Below, in pieces: positions 46,046-55,943 of a stretch of 64,000 bases of DNA; within the stretch, counting starts at the first letter, position 1, and each line of letters starts with the position of its first letter. The DNA is taken from positions 1-64,000 of the IMG/VR virus record IMGVR_UViG_3300028832_000122; one strand, written 5' to 3'. The translations under genes were made by a program, and so were the position numbers. Source of the stretch: a virus. Its lineage: Duplodnaviria > Caudoviricetes. The notes beneath the pieces are model-generated. The model worked only from the letters and a program-made list of their open reading frames with translations, had not been told where the DNA came from and made no database searches.

Positions 46046-47938
46046 TCAGAACGGCATGTCGGGATCGTCCACTGCCACATAATCCTGATACGCCTGCTGT
46101 TCTGTCTTCTCTTCCTCCGTTGGCAGTTTGATTACAACGTGCGGGATCTGCTTTTTGTTCACCCAAACGGGCCATGTCGGGCGGTTGTTCTTATTACCCT
46201 GCCCATAGTACTGGCACTTCAGCAGGTTCTTCCGACGTGCCCAGTCCAGAAACGCACTCGGTGAGAAGCCTTTGTTCTTCACGATGTCATCGAACACGGT
46301 CTTGTTAATGAACACGTACCCGTCCTCGTACTTGCCCCACAGTTCACCGATACTGTTATCCTCTGAATCAAAACGGCGCGGGTTTGCTGCGCAGAATCCT
46401 ATCAGCCACTGATAGCACCGCAGGTTCACGTCTGTTTCAGACCGGCTGACGAGGTAGCCTTTGATCTCGTCAACGGTAAGGGCGTGCTTGTCCTTGAAGA
46501 TGGCTTTGGTTGCGAGTGCGTCGGCTGCAAGGAGGATGGACGCTGACAGCACCTGCTTGTCCTGCACATCCTCCTGCATAAGTTCCGTATAGAACTTCTT
46601 TTGCAGGGCCTTCAGTGCGTCTATTACGCCGTCCTTGCGGATCATCTGTATGAATTTCGGACCTGCAAATCCATAGTGTTCCTTGAGCGTATTTGCGGTC
46701 ATACGTGCATCCTTGAAAAGCGGTACGCCGCCGAAGTTAACCTCGACAATACGAGCCACTGCACCACCGCCGGAGTTACCCTGGGTGATAGGCATCTCGC
46801 CTGTGGTAATGATGCATGATGACCATCGTTTCTGTGCCTGCAGTCCGCCTTCCTTTGCACCGCGTCCCTTGCTGACCCCTTCGCACAACATGTAGATAAT
46901 GTCGTCAAAGGTTTTTCTGTCAGAAATGACCTGCAACTCATCAAACAAGATAGGTAAATTGCAGCAGAACGATGCGTATAACTCCTGGGATACCTTTGTC
47001 CCGGAGAATGTCTTAACGTACCGGCCAACGTCCGGATTCCCCCAAACGGAAGCGGCCAACATCAGACCGACGGTCTTGCCACATCCGGTCTCGCCCCAGA
47101 AGTGTACAAAGAAAGGCAAGCCACCCAGGATTTGGACAAGCGGGGCCGCAAAAGACGAAGCCAGTGCAATCCGCGCCGGGATAGATTCTGCCTTGCGTAC
47201 TTCCTTTGCGAGATTCAGCCATGTTTCCTCATCCCCCGTTGGTTTAAACTCTGTGTACATCTTAAGGAACTCTACACTGTCCCCGTCATAGGAAACGTCG
47301 TTCACGTACGGCATGAACTGTCCGTCCTGCAACCATCCCATGTGCGATACGGAATTCTGCCTCGGCAGTGCGTCATAGTTCAGTGACTCAAGCACTCCCA
47401 TGTACTTAACGACTTCCTTTGCGTTCTCAGAATTGACAGCGACGCCCTGCTTTGACAGGCCGATTATCTTCTGAGCGGAAGCGAGCATCTCCCTGGACAC
47501 GGTAAGGGATTTCCATGGATCCCTTCCACGGCAGTAGGCAATCTCCAGCTTTTCCTCGAAGGTTTCGATATTGGTTACACGCTTCACAGGCATCAGTGGA
47601 TGTGATATAACCTCAACGTCCGCACCCATCTCATTTGTGCGGTGAACACCGAACTCGTCTGCAAAGTAGATCCCGCACTCAAGCTGCGTAGGCTGCTTCG
47701 GGAACATGGTCTGATTGCTTCCGAGGATGGTTGCCTTCGGGGACTTTGACTCAACGTATGCGTTCCATGTCTTCATGAAACCCGTGAACTTCAGGTCTTT
47801 GGCGACGGTTTGCATCTTGTTCAGCAGTTGCTGGAGCAGGAACTTGTTGTCTTTCTGCTCATACAACCATGCATACGGACGTTCTGTCAGGAAGTCATCA
47901 TACGTCCAGTTCGGGATCAACTGTGTTGCTTCTGACAA
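46046..47938 (-). CDS. DUF927-domain replicative helicase/primase partner
   Basis: WLQDGQFMPY, FFVHFWGETGCGKT Walker A, ILFDELQ Walker B, GEMPIT...GGAVARIVE. Confidence 0.82.
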   Translation of the reverse strand: MSEATQLIPNWTYDDFLTERPYAWLYEQKDNKFLLQQLLNKMQTVAKDLKFTGFMKTWNAYVESKSPKATILGSNQTMFPKQPTQLECGIYFADEFGVHRTNEMGADVEVISHPLMPVKRVTNIETFEEKLEIAYCRGRDPWKSLTVSREMLASAQKIIGLSKQGVAVNSENAKEVVKYMGVLESLNYDALPRQNSVSHMGWLQDGQFMPYVNDVSYDGDSVEFLKMYTEFKPTGDEETWLNLAKEVRKAESIPARIALASSFAAPLVQILGGLPFFVHFWGETGCGKTVGLMLAASVWGNPDVGRYVKTFSGTKVSQELYASFCCNLPILFDELQVISDRKTFDDIIYMLCEGVSKGRGAKEGGLQAQKRWSSCIITTGEMPITQGNSGGGAVARIVEVNFGGVPLFKDARMTANTLKEHYGFAGPKFIQMIRKDGVIDALKALQKKFYTELMQEDVQDKQVLSASILLAADALATKAIFKDKHALTVDEIKGYLVSRSETDVNLRCYQWLIGFCAANPRRFDSEDNSIGELWGKYEDGYVFINKTVFDDIVKNKGFSPSAFLDWARRKNLLKCQYYGQGNKNNRPTWPVWVNKKQIPHVVIKLPTEEEKTEQQAYQDYVAVDDPDMPF

Positions 47939-48163
47939 TTTGTATCACCTCCCTTCAGCGGACACCAGTCTGGTGACGATTCATACATACCAAGGTTCGG
48001 AGAATACATTTTTGCGAGCGTACATTCCCTGTATATCTGTCCGCAAAAGTAATCCGTATAACAATAATTGCATCCCATACAGGAAATCACTTGTCCTGTG
48101 TCGGATGCAGTTGCGTTGTCATTCATGCTTTTTCCCCCTTACACAAGGTCTTTGATTCGTTTG

Positions 48164-48199
48164 TGTAGTTAGTATACTACATATTGCAGTGTTATTCAA
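48164..48199 (-). promoter_or_regulatory. SigA promoter with TGTAGT-N6-ACTACA palindrome
   Basis: TTGAAT-17-TATACT on minus strand. Confidence 0.65.
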
Positions 48200-48209
48200 T
48201 AAATAAAAA

Positions 48210-50754
48210 TCAGTCTACTCCGATAAACTCCAAATGCACTTCCCTGTCGATACTGCCGACGATGTGCCTCGGTACGACGGCACCAAGGGAGGAGACGTCC
48301 AGTGTATTCGGCGTGAATGTGATGCTTGCCATGTGCGGGATCGCCTTCATAAGGAACAGGTTGTTTGTCCCGGGCATCTTCAGCCGGAGGATGCACGGCG
48401 TCCTGCCGTCCAGGTCCACGTCCGCCATGTCAAAGTATGCTGTCCCACAAAAGGGACACACGACCTGCTCTATGTCCTTTGCCGATCCGCAGTTCACGCA
48501 GTTAGTCTTGCTCATTTTCCTTCTCCACATCCGATGCTGTTACATCATATATTGTTTGTAGTTCTTCTACTGGCGGGAGCTGCTTGCCGTCAACAATCAT
48601 TTGTTTAAGTGCGGTTGCTACTCTTTCATTGACCACAAGTCTTTGCCTGTATGCGGAGTTGTCGAAACTGCTGGATGTTGAATAAAACGCAGAGTTCGGG
48701 TTGTAATATTTACCGTCACGTTCCCTGATCAGTTCCTCCCTGGACGTGTTGCGTTCGTAGCAGTACTCAGCAAACTTGTCCTGTGCGATCTTCAGAATCA
48801 CCTTGCTGTTCTTTCCATACCGCATAAGGTTTCTATAAATCCGGTCGTCTGACAAAGAAAGCGTGAATTCAAACGGGTTTCTCCAGCCTTCGGAAATTCT
48901 CGGTTTTACCTGTTCTCCGCACAACGTGAGTTCAAGAATATCGTTATACTTATAATCATAGGACACAAACAGATAATCACTGACAACATTCAATTCTAGG
49001 TCATCCACGTCGTACTCTTCCACCCGCCTGTCCTGATCGAGCAACGAATATATATGTGCTTTACTCCTGTTGGAGAACACTTTTTCAATGCGATAATCAG
49101 AATAATCACCGGACGTCACTATATATACACGCTTCATGCTTCAGCCTCCGCCTCCTTTCCTTTTCTTTCTGCCTTTTCTGCCACCGTATGTACCGCTGTG
49201 CAGCCTTTGTATACGCTCTGCCACAGAGAATATCAAGTAATCCTTTGCGAATTTGTCTTTTTAAAGAGATCGTGAATGATAAATCCGTATTAAACGCAAG
49301 CTTGTCATACGTCACGGGCGGTTCGACTTCAACAGGATTCTGCTTAATGTCTTGAATGTTTGTGATTCCTGTGAATGGAACATAGTTACCGGACTGGTCG
49401 CGGATGTATATAACAGATGATTCGTCAAGCAAATTCGGATGCATCAGTCATCCCTCCTGTAAATGTAATGACTGAACGGACACGTATCACAGTTGCTCAC
49501 AAGTTCTTCTCCGTCGATTCTGTAATCGTCCCCGAGTCCACGACATTCATAACAGTGATCGTACTCATCCCATGCGGTTTGGTTGTCCAACAGGCGCTCA
49601 TACTCTTCGCACCATTCTTTCGCTTCACAGTTCTTGCAGTCGTCAATGTCCGCATAGTCATCGTCACAGTAGAATCCAGCATCCCTTACCATGGCAACCC
49701 TGTCTTCCATGTTGTCCCAGTCCATGAACGTATTGCCATGGTAATGCTTGTCCAGGGCTGGTTCCCGTACTGCCTTCAGCTGCGTATAGTCCCATTCATA
49801 CTTCGGGTATTCATCAGTTCCGATGGCATAGGAGATTGCCTTGCCCCTGGTTTCAGCAAACACAACGATGGAATACGGACTGTATCCTTCCCTGTCGCTT
49901 ACTTTATAGGCCTTCATAGGTTCTCCTTTCAGCACGTAACCTGTCCCATGCTCCCGAGTGTACAGTTGCAGTTTCCGCTGCCGCCGTTGTTCGGATGATT
50001 GGAACAGTTTTTACAGTTGTCAGGGACGTTTTCTTTTAAATCTGTTCCGGTCAGTGTAATGGTTTGATTTTCCGCGGCCCGCTGTTTTGTCTTGACGACA
50101 ATCTTATGGCACTCCGGGCAGGAGCAGACGTATGTGTCTGTAACGGTGGAAAGATACACATACGTCAGCGATGACGACGTCGTGAAACTGGATCCTTTCT
50201 CCACATAGTATTCGTCATAGTCGGCGGTAAACTTACACCCACACTGACCGCACTCGAATTCTTCTGTCATCATGTTCTCTTTGGCTTCTTCTCCATGTTT
50301 GATGATGTTCATTACTGATCCTCCTCTCTTGGATGCTTATCCCTGAACTTATGCTTGCGGTTTTCCATGCACCATGGACAGCTTCCATGGTTTCTGCATG
50401 TACAGTCGATTGCCTTTGAACCTTTGTATGGTTTCCTGTGTTCTTTGCCGTGCTTGATGGCTTTATCAAGGCTCATATATTCATCTTTACCTGCCCTTCA
50501 ATCTGTTTCATGTTCCGTACAACAGTCGGTTTCTCCGTCGTGAACCGCTTGCATTCTTTTCCCCCGTATCCTTTGTAGTCCATAAGATCATCGTACGGGA
50601 AGTACTTCTCATCCCACCTGGCTTTCTCCGTCATACGATACGTCCGGCAATATCCTTTCCGAAAGCGGGTGCATCGGAAGCAGTTGTGTTCAAGAAACCA
50701 CTCGTACTCAGTACCATTGCTGAACATGGTCTTGCACTCAATCAGTTCAGCCAT
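48210..50754 (-). other. Run of small hypothetical genes (48210..48530, 48502..49137, 49106..49444, 49444..49935, 49929..50312, 50312..50476, 50473..50754)
   Basis: Translationally coupled minus-strand ORFs, several Cys-rich; 50312..50476 (MSLDKAIKHGKEHRKPY...) found manually. Confidence 0.6.
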
Positions 50755-51165
50755 TCATCTTCACCGACCTTCCCATCCTTTTCCGTACAGTATTCTTGCT
50801 CCTATCCGTATAAAGAACCAACCGAACCGCATCCTTGCACCACTTACAATCCGTTTCGGAGAATTATATGTGACGGTAACTGGCATCAATCCATTGTCTG
50901 CGACCATTGAAATTGTCATTTCATGGATTCTCATTCCACTTCACCTTCCTTGAGTTTGTTCCATGCCCAATTGCCAAAGTTTCTTAATTCTAACTGGAAT
51001 GCATAGAGAGAATTGCGACGTGGAAAAGCTTCATTAAACTTTAGTTCACTGTACGTTGCGCCGTCTAAAATTCTTCGTTTTGCTTTTTCTTTGAAATCTG
51101 TTCCTTTGTAATAAAATGGTTCGTACTCATCCAACAATCGTTTTATATCAGTACGAGATAGATTA

Positions 51166-51384
51166 TTAATCATCTTTCATCACCCCGTCCGCACAGAACC
51201 AATCCGGTCTTTTATATTTGTCGTTATAAATTGCCTTAATACAGAATATGTCCTCCTTTGAATTGCGTATTCCGTAATGGCAATCCTCGCATCTGACCAG
51301 TGGCTCTTCCGAATACGTTTCAACATGCGGTTTCCCTTCAACAATTGTGATTGACCGTCTGACAATGAAATCTTTTTTCATCAT
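51166..51384 (-). CDS. Small Cys4 zinc-finger protein (RCxxC...DWFCADG family)
   Basis: Motif shared with four paralogs. Confidence 0.6.
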   Translation of the reverse strand: MMKKDFIVRRSITIVEGKPHVETYSEEPLVRCEDCHYGIRNSKEDIFCIKAIYNDKYKRPDWFCADGVMKDD

Positions 51385-51647
51385 CAGAATTCCCCCGCGA
51401 CAGGTCGGATCGACATGATGCAGTACCCATCCATCAGTCCGAACCTTTCAGCATTCCGCAGGATGTACGTGATCTCACACTCGCAGGTATGTCCGGTATA
51501 TTTCTCACCGTTCCATTCCCTGAGTACGAGGATATCGCCGACCCGGTAGTCCGCATCGTCATTCCGCAGCTCAAAGGTTTTCTGCCCTTTGTATACGGCC
51601 TTGTAATATCCGGGCAGGATCTTCTTCTCAATACGCTTGCTCATCAT
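51384..51647 (-). CDS. ASCH/DUF3850-like protein
   Basis: KKILPGYYKAVYKGQKTFELRNDDADYRVGDILVLREW. Confidence 0.8.
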   Translation of the reverse strand: MMSKRIEKKILPGYYKAVYKGQKTFELRNDDADYRVGDILVLREWNGEKYTGHTCECEITYILRNAERFGLMDGYCIMSIRPVAGEF

Positions 51648-51905
51648 TCCACCTCCTTCAGCGTACCATCTTTCTCTTCAACCCAGGTCTTTTCAGCTTC
51701 GACCCGTCTGAGCATCCTGTCCATTTCGTTCAGATACTGGATCTCAGCGGCCCATAATTTGATTTGGTTGTGCTTTCCGGACTCAGTTGCGTTTCGCTTG
51801 ATCGCTTCACACAGTTCGCATACTCTTGCCGAGATATGCACGCAATACGGAGAGCATCCAAGCTGTGGTTTTTCAGAATCATGAAAGTTCATGCTTATAT
51901 TCCTT

Positions 51906-52553
51906 TCAGTCTGCTTTGTCTTTCTTCATATCCTCCGCAATGTTCCCCATGATGAACGCCACGCATGGCAGTGCGACGCCGTTGCCCCAGAGCTTGTACA
52001 TTGCAGAATCAGATCCGTTCGCACCGTCGCACCACCAGTCAGGGAAACCCTGGAGGCGTGCACATTCCGTAGGTGTCAGCCTGCGAAGCACATATTTCCT
52101 GTCGTTCTCCATAATGTCATCCTCCACTATTACTATTTTCTGATCGTGCATACAGTCAAGCGTGCCAAAGGTTTTGTCATCAACAACGGAGTTGGCAAGC
52201 TGACCGTTGCCTGTTGCGTGAAACTTAATCATCACATACTCTCTTTCTATCCCCTGCCTCAGTCCGCATCCTTTATAGTAGCTTGCGTCAAGCGGAGCTG
52301 CGATACCGTCATCTGAACTGTTCATGACAAACAAGTCCTTCGCTTCCGTTCCCGCAGCTTCCGCCGTCGGCACGCATACTTGCGACGTTGTACAGTTTCC
52401 ATTCTGCGAATCTGCTTTCGTAGAAGTAATAAGGACGAACGGCGTGTTGTTTCCACCCGTTCCCATCCTCGACGACAGGGTCTGAACAATGCCGTTCGGG
52501 TCTATCGTCACACGGCTGTCGTTCGGATGGTCCTCTATTGCGTAGCATTTCAT
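51906..52553 (-). CDS. C5 DNA methyltransferase C-terminal polypeptide (variable modules plus motifs IX-X)
   Basis: RRLTPTECARLQGFPD...YKLWGNGV. Confidence 0.85.
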   Translation of the reverse strand: MKCYAIEDHPNDSRVTIDPNGIVQTLSSRMGTGGNNTPFVLITSTKADSQNGNCTTSQVCVPTAEAAGTEAKDLFVMNSSDDGIAAPLDASYYKGCGLRQGIEREYVMIKFHATGNGQLANSVVDDKTFGTLDCMHDQKIVIVEDDIMENDRKYVLRRLTPTECARLQGFPDWWCDGANGSDSAMYKLWGNGVALPCVAFIMGNIAEDMKKDKAD

Positions 52554-53239
52554 TGGTTCTCCTTTAGGATCGGATTCAGATAGTTATAACTGAATCCGCC
52601 GTTGCTTTTTGCCTGCAATGTGCCTGAAACTTCCTCGTTTGTACACAGATTCCTGCAGTCAACGCTGTAGCATACACTGTGCTGTTCAATGGTATTCAAT
52701 GTGTACATTGTTCCGCCGTCACTGTATCCGTTCCCCATGTGTGAAGGGCGGGCACCGTTCCCTTCCAATGCAATAACCACCATGTGTCCGCCCTGGTTGC
52801 ATGCAGGATCAAGACATCGTGTGTCAAGGCACTTAGCCACATCTGTTTCATGGATACCGCTATGCGGATTTGAACTCTTCATGCTGTTGGATGACAGTGC
52901 ATCTATTGTGAACACAACTGCGTGCCTGTCCTGTGTGTTCAGCGTAGGGCTTATGTTCTCGCACCATCCTTTGCCGTTCTTTGCGGATACACGGTCAACG
53001 ACATTGCCTTCGATTGCGTAGCATATGGCAGGCCGGTTATCTCCCATCTCGGCACGAAGTGTACCGCATAAGTCCTCAACAAATCTGCTTTCACTGCCTT
53101 CACGCTTAACAATCCCGGGTTCAAAACAGATAACAGGCTCATGCTGATGGGACTGGGCACGGAGTGTAGATGGTATATCAGATACACTCATCACGCTCCC
53201 GCCCTGATCATTCAGCACGATTACTTTACTCTTCCTCAT
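52550..53239 (-). CDS. C5 methyltransferase variable-region (TRD-like module) polypeptide
   Basis: Repeated xxTLxxxxxHAV/PAI modules; coupled to flanking MTase ORFs. Confidence 0.65.
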   Translation of the reverse strand: MRKSKVIVLNDQGGSVMSVSDIPSTLRAQSHQHEPVICFEPGIVKREGSESRFVEDLCGTLRAEMGDNRPAICYAIEGNVVDRVSAKNGKGWCENISPTLNTQDRHAVVFTIDALSSNSMKSSNPHSGIHETDVAKCLDTRCLDPACNQGGHMVVIALEGNGARPSHMGNGYSDGGTMYTLNTIEQHSVCYSVDCRNLCTNEEVSGTLQAKSNGGFSYNYLNPILKENQ

Positions 53240-53702
53240 CGTATTCTTCTTCGGAATCTTCATCGTCGAAGTCGTCTGCGTCGTCAGTCACCGCACCATC
53301 TGAGCCAGCCACTTCCATCAGGGCGTCCCGCAACATAGGCGGAAGCGTTTTCCCACGCTTCTCTGCCCGTCGGAGGATGCCATTGCATGCCTTCGCACTC
53401 AAAGAGTATTTCTCCGGCGCGTCCACCTGCAAGATCTCCGATAAGGAACACTCGGCGGCGTCGCTGAGCGACTCCGAAGTATTGCGCATTGAGGATTCTC
53501 CAGGCAAAACTGTAGCCGTCTCCCAGTACGCACCCAGCAGGTTTCCATACCCCGTCCGCAGGTCCAGGAACTGAAACTCCTTCGTCAACGATGGAACAGA
53601 GTGACTGGAGGACTGCCTGGAAGTCTTTTCCTCCGTTGGAACTGAATGCTCCGGGGACGTTTTCCCACAGAGTGTATCGAGGAAACTTATTTGCTGTTGC
53701 AT
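53226..53702 (-). CDS. Overprinted MTase beta-subunit-like protein (M.EcoHK31I beta type)
   Basis: Alternative frame inside the alpha gene, own AAGGAG RBS; SLSEILQ...YSLSAKACNGILRRAEKRGK motif. Confidence 0.7.
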   Translation of the reverse strand: MQQQISFLDTLCGKTSPEHSVPTEEKTSRQSSSHSVPSLTKEFQFLDLRTGYGNLLGAYWETATVLPGESSMRNTSESLSDAAECSLSEILQVDAPEKYSLSAKACNGILRRAEKRGKTLPPMLRDALMEVAGSDGAVTDDADDFDDEDSEEEYDEEE

Positions 53703-54018
53703 TTCGCATCTCCTTAATGATTCGTACAGCCTGGAAAAAGAGATTCGACCTTTCTCCTTCATGGATACCAGCCTGCTTTCCTGCTATCGACAAATCCTGA
53801 CACGGACTGCCGAAGGTGATGATGTCAACGGGTTCAATCTCGGCACCGTTTATATTGGACACGTCGCCGAGGTGCTTCATGTTCGGGAATCTGTTCGTCG
53901 TGACACGGATCGGGAAGTCCTCAATCTCGCTTGCCCATACAGGCTCTATGCCGTACAGAGCACCCGCGAGCGGAAACCCACCGGAACCGTCGAAGAGAGA
54001 TCCAAGCTTCATCTGCAT
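53284..54018 (-). CDS. C5 cytosine DNA methyltransferase N-terminal polypeptide (motifs I-VIII)
   Basis: LFDGSGG (I), GSPCQD (IV), WENV (VI), QRRRRVF (VIII). Confidence 0.92.
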   Translation of the reverse strand: MQMKLGSLFDGSGGFPLAGALYGIEPVWASEIEDFPIRVTTNRFPNMKHLGDVSNINGAEIEPVDIITFGSPCQDLSIAGKQAGIHEGERSNLFFQAVRIIKEMRNATANKFPRYTLWENVPGAFSSNGGKDFQAVLQSLCSIVDEGVSVPGPADGVWKPAGCVLGDGYSFAWRILNAQYFGVAQRRRRVFLIGDLAGGRAGEILFECEGMQWHPPTGREAWENASAYVAGRPDGSGWLRWCGD

Positions 54019-55115
54019 CACCCCGCTACCCGCACCGGCAGGATAAGCCTGCATCCGTTGCTGCTCTTGCCCTGTATCACGCACGGTGAAACGGAGGAGT
54101 TGAACTTCATCGTCATCGACTTCTCACTGACGGAAGCAATTGTTTCCATGAGGTACTTGTGGTTGAACGCAATCTTCAGACTGTCGCCGTTGGTAGCACA
54201 CTTCACGTCGGCGTCGAAGTCTGCCTGTTCACTGTTGCTCATGACCTTGATTGCGTCTTCCTGCACTTCCATCTTCACAAGGTTGTTGCTTGTATTCACG
54301 ACGCTTCCGCACTTCAGTGCGTTCTGAATATCGTCAACCTCAACAAGGGATTCCGTCTTGAATTCCGTCGGAAGAATCCGCTTGTAATCCGGGAAGTCGT
54401 CCGAGAGCAGGGTGCAGGACATCAGCACACTGTCCGTGCTTGCCTGTATCCGCTTGCCGTCTGTCTTCAGCGTGATGCGTTCGCCAAGCAGCGTGCTTGT
54501 GGCTACGAGTTTCATGAACGCCCCGGGAACAACCATACGGATGTCGTCTGATTCGCATGCAACGTCCTCAACTGCCATACGGAATCCGTCAAGGGACACC
54601 ATCCGCATGCCGTCGTCAGTGGATTCCATCAGCACGCCTGTCAGAACGACACGCCCCTGATCACTGGAGATGGCGTAGGAAACACTGTTGTATCCTGCCC
54701 GGAAGTCCTCTGTCTTGACCGTGCATGTCTTGCCTTCCACATATTCAAAGGCTGGGATCTTCGCCTTCACAATCGGGATGCGCGTGCGGCCCGCGCCCTT
54801 GACCGTACATACCTTGCCGTCCGTGCTGACATCCACAATGTCATTGCACATGGCACACACACGGGCGAACATCGTGCCGTCAATGCAGAAGGATTCTCCG
54901 TTACCGCCGAGCACAGGCGCGCTCATCACGGCGGAGATCTGCCCGTTTGTTCCACGGATGGAGAACAGATTGTTGTCATAGATAATCTCGATGTTCCCGA
55001 GGTTCTGTGATTTCGGATCGATGCACTGCGTCATCGTCTTCATCATCCTGCTGAGTTCAGCACTGTGAAGTTTAATGTTCATTGTATTCTCCTTACTACT
55101 TTTTGTATTATCCAT
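54018..55115 (-). CDS. dnaN: DNA polymerase III beta sliding clamp homolog
   Basis: 365 aa three-domain pattern; VLTGVLM...VSLDGFRMA...FPDYKRILP...IAFNHKYLME...LILPVR. Confidence 0.88.
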   Translation of the reverse strand: MDNTKSSKENTMNIKLHSAELSRMMKTMTQCIDPKSQNLGNIEIIYDNNLFSIRGTNGQISAVMSAPVLGGNGESFCIDGTMFARVCAMCNDIVDVSTDGKVCTVKGAGRTRIPIVKAKIPAFEYVEGKTCTVKTEDFRAGYNSVSYAISSDQGRVVLTGVLMESTDDGMRMVSLDGFRMAVEDVACESDDIRMVVPGAFMKLVATSTLLGERITLKTDGKRIQASTDSVLMSCTLLSDDFPDYKRILPTEFKTESLVEVDDIQNALKCGSVVNTSNNLVKMEVQEDAIKVMSNSEQADFDADVKCATNGDSLKIAFNHKYLMETIASVSEKSMTMKFNSSVSPCVIQGKSSNGCRLILPVRVAG

Positions 55116-55127
55116 GGGTACAAAAAA

Positions 55128-55605
55128 TCAGTCGCAGGAACTGCCGATGTTTACATAGGCGTATTCGTTGTCGAACCATACGCCGTAGATCCCATACCCG
55201 CATGCCCATGCGGTGCCCTCGCCGTTGTTGCGGGTGTTGAGCATGTCGATCAGTGCTTCCACGGCTTCCTCGTGGGCCATGCTCTTCAGCTCGTTCAGTT
55301 CTCCGTCGCTGAATCCGCTGATCCGCTGGCATGACATCCCCGGCCTGCCGGATGAGATTGATTCAGTCTTCAGTCTTGCCATGTTCTGTCCTCCTTTTAT
55401 ACTCCTGTCCAAGGTAGTTCATTACTCCGTTCAGCAGTTCCATGGCAAGGACGTTATTACCGGATGAATCGGACGCTATACCGACATCCTTTGCGGACTG
55501 TATCCACCACTCGTCATCCTCACCAGGCGGAAAGTGCGTGTTCAGAAAGTCGAAAGCAATTCGGAATGCTTTCTGATGTGCCTTTGCGTATTCCTCGGGT
55601 GTCAT
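55128..55605 (-). other. Two small hypothetical genes (55128..55382, 55363..55605)
   Basis: ORFs with GGAGG RBS. Confidence 0.5.
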
Positions 55606-55657
55606 CCTGTGTCACCTTCTTGTATGCTCGTCATACGACGCCTCCTTATATATGATG

Positions 55658-55693
55658 TGTAGTAATTATAACACAGATTGTAGTGATTTGAAA
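55658..55693 (-). promoter_or_regulatory. SigA promoter with two ACTACA motifs
   Basis: TTTCAA-17-TATAAT on minus strand. Confidence 0.65.
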
Positions 55694-55706
55694 CTTAAAA
55701 AAACTG

Positions 55707-55943
55707 TTACGTTCTGTTAATGTAGATGCTTCTGATCCGTTGGCGTTGCTCAATAATCTTTCCGACCTGCTCGCACTTTTTCAGTGCACGCCGTGAAAGC
55801 AGTTTCATGATGCTTGCGTACAGTTCAAACTCAGGAAAGTCCTTGCTTCTCTGTATTGTTGCTGTTGGTTTTACGTTGTATGATGCCTCCCATACGAGAG
55901 AGTACGGGATTTCATACTTCCTGGCAAACTCTTTCAGCGTCAT
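55707..55943 (-). CDS. Small HTH-like protein
   Basis: MTLKEFARKYEIPYSLVWEA N-terminus. Confidence 0.45.
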   Translation of the reverse strand: MTLKEFARKYEIPYSLVWEASYNVKPTATIQRSKDFPEFELYASIMKLLSRRALKKCEQVGKIIEQRQRIRSIYINRT

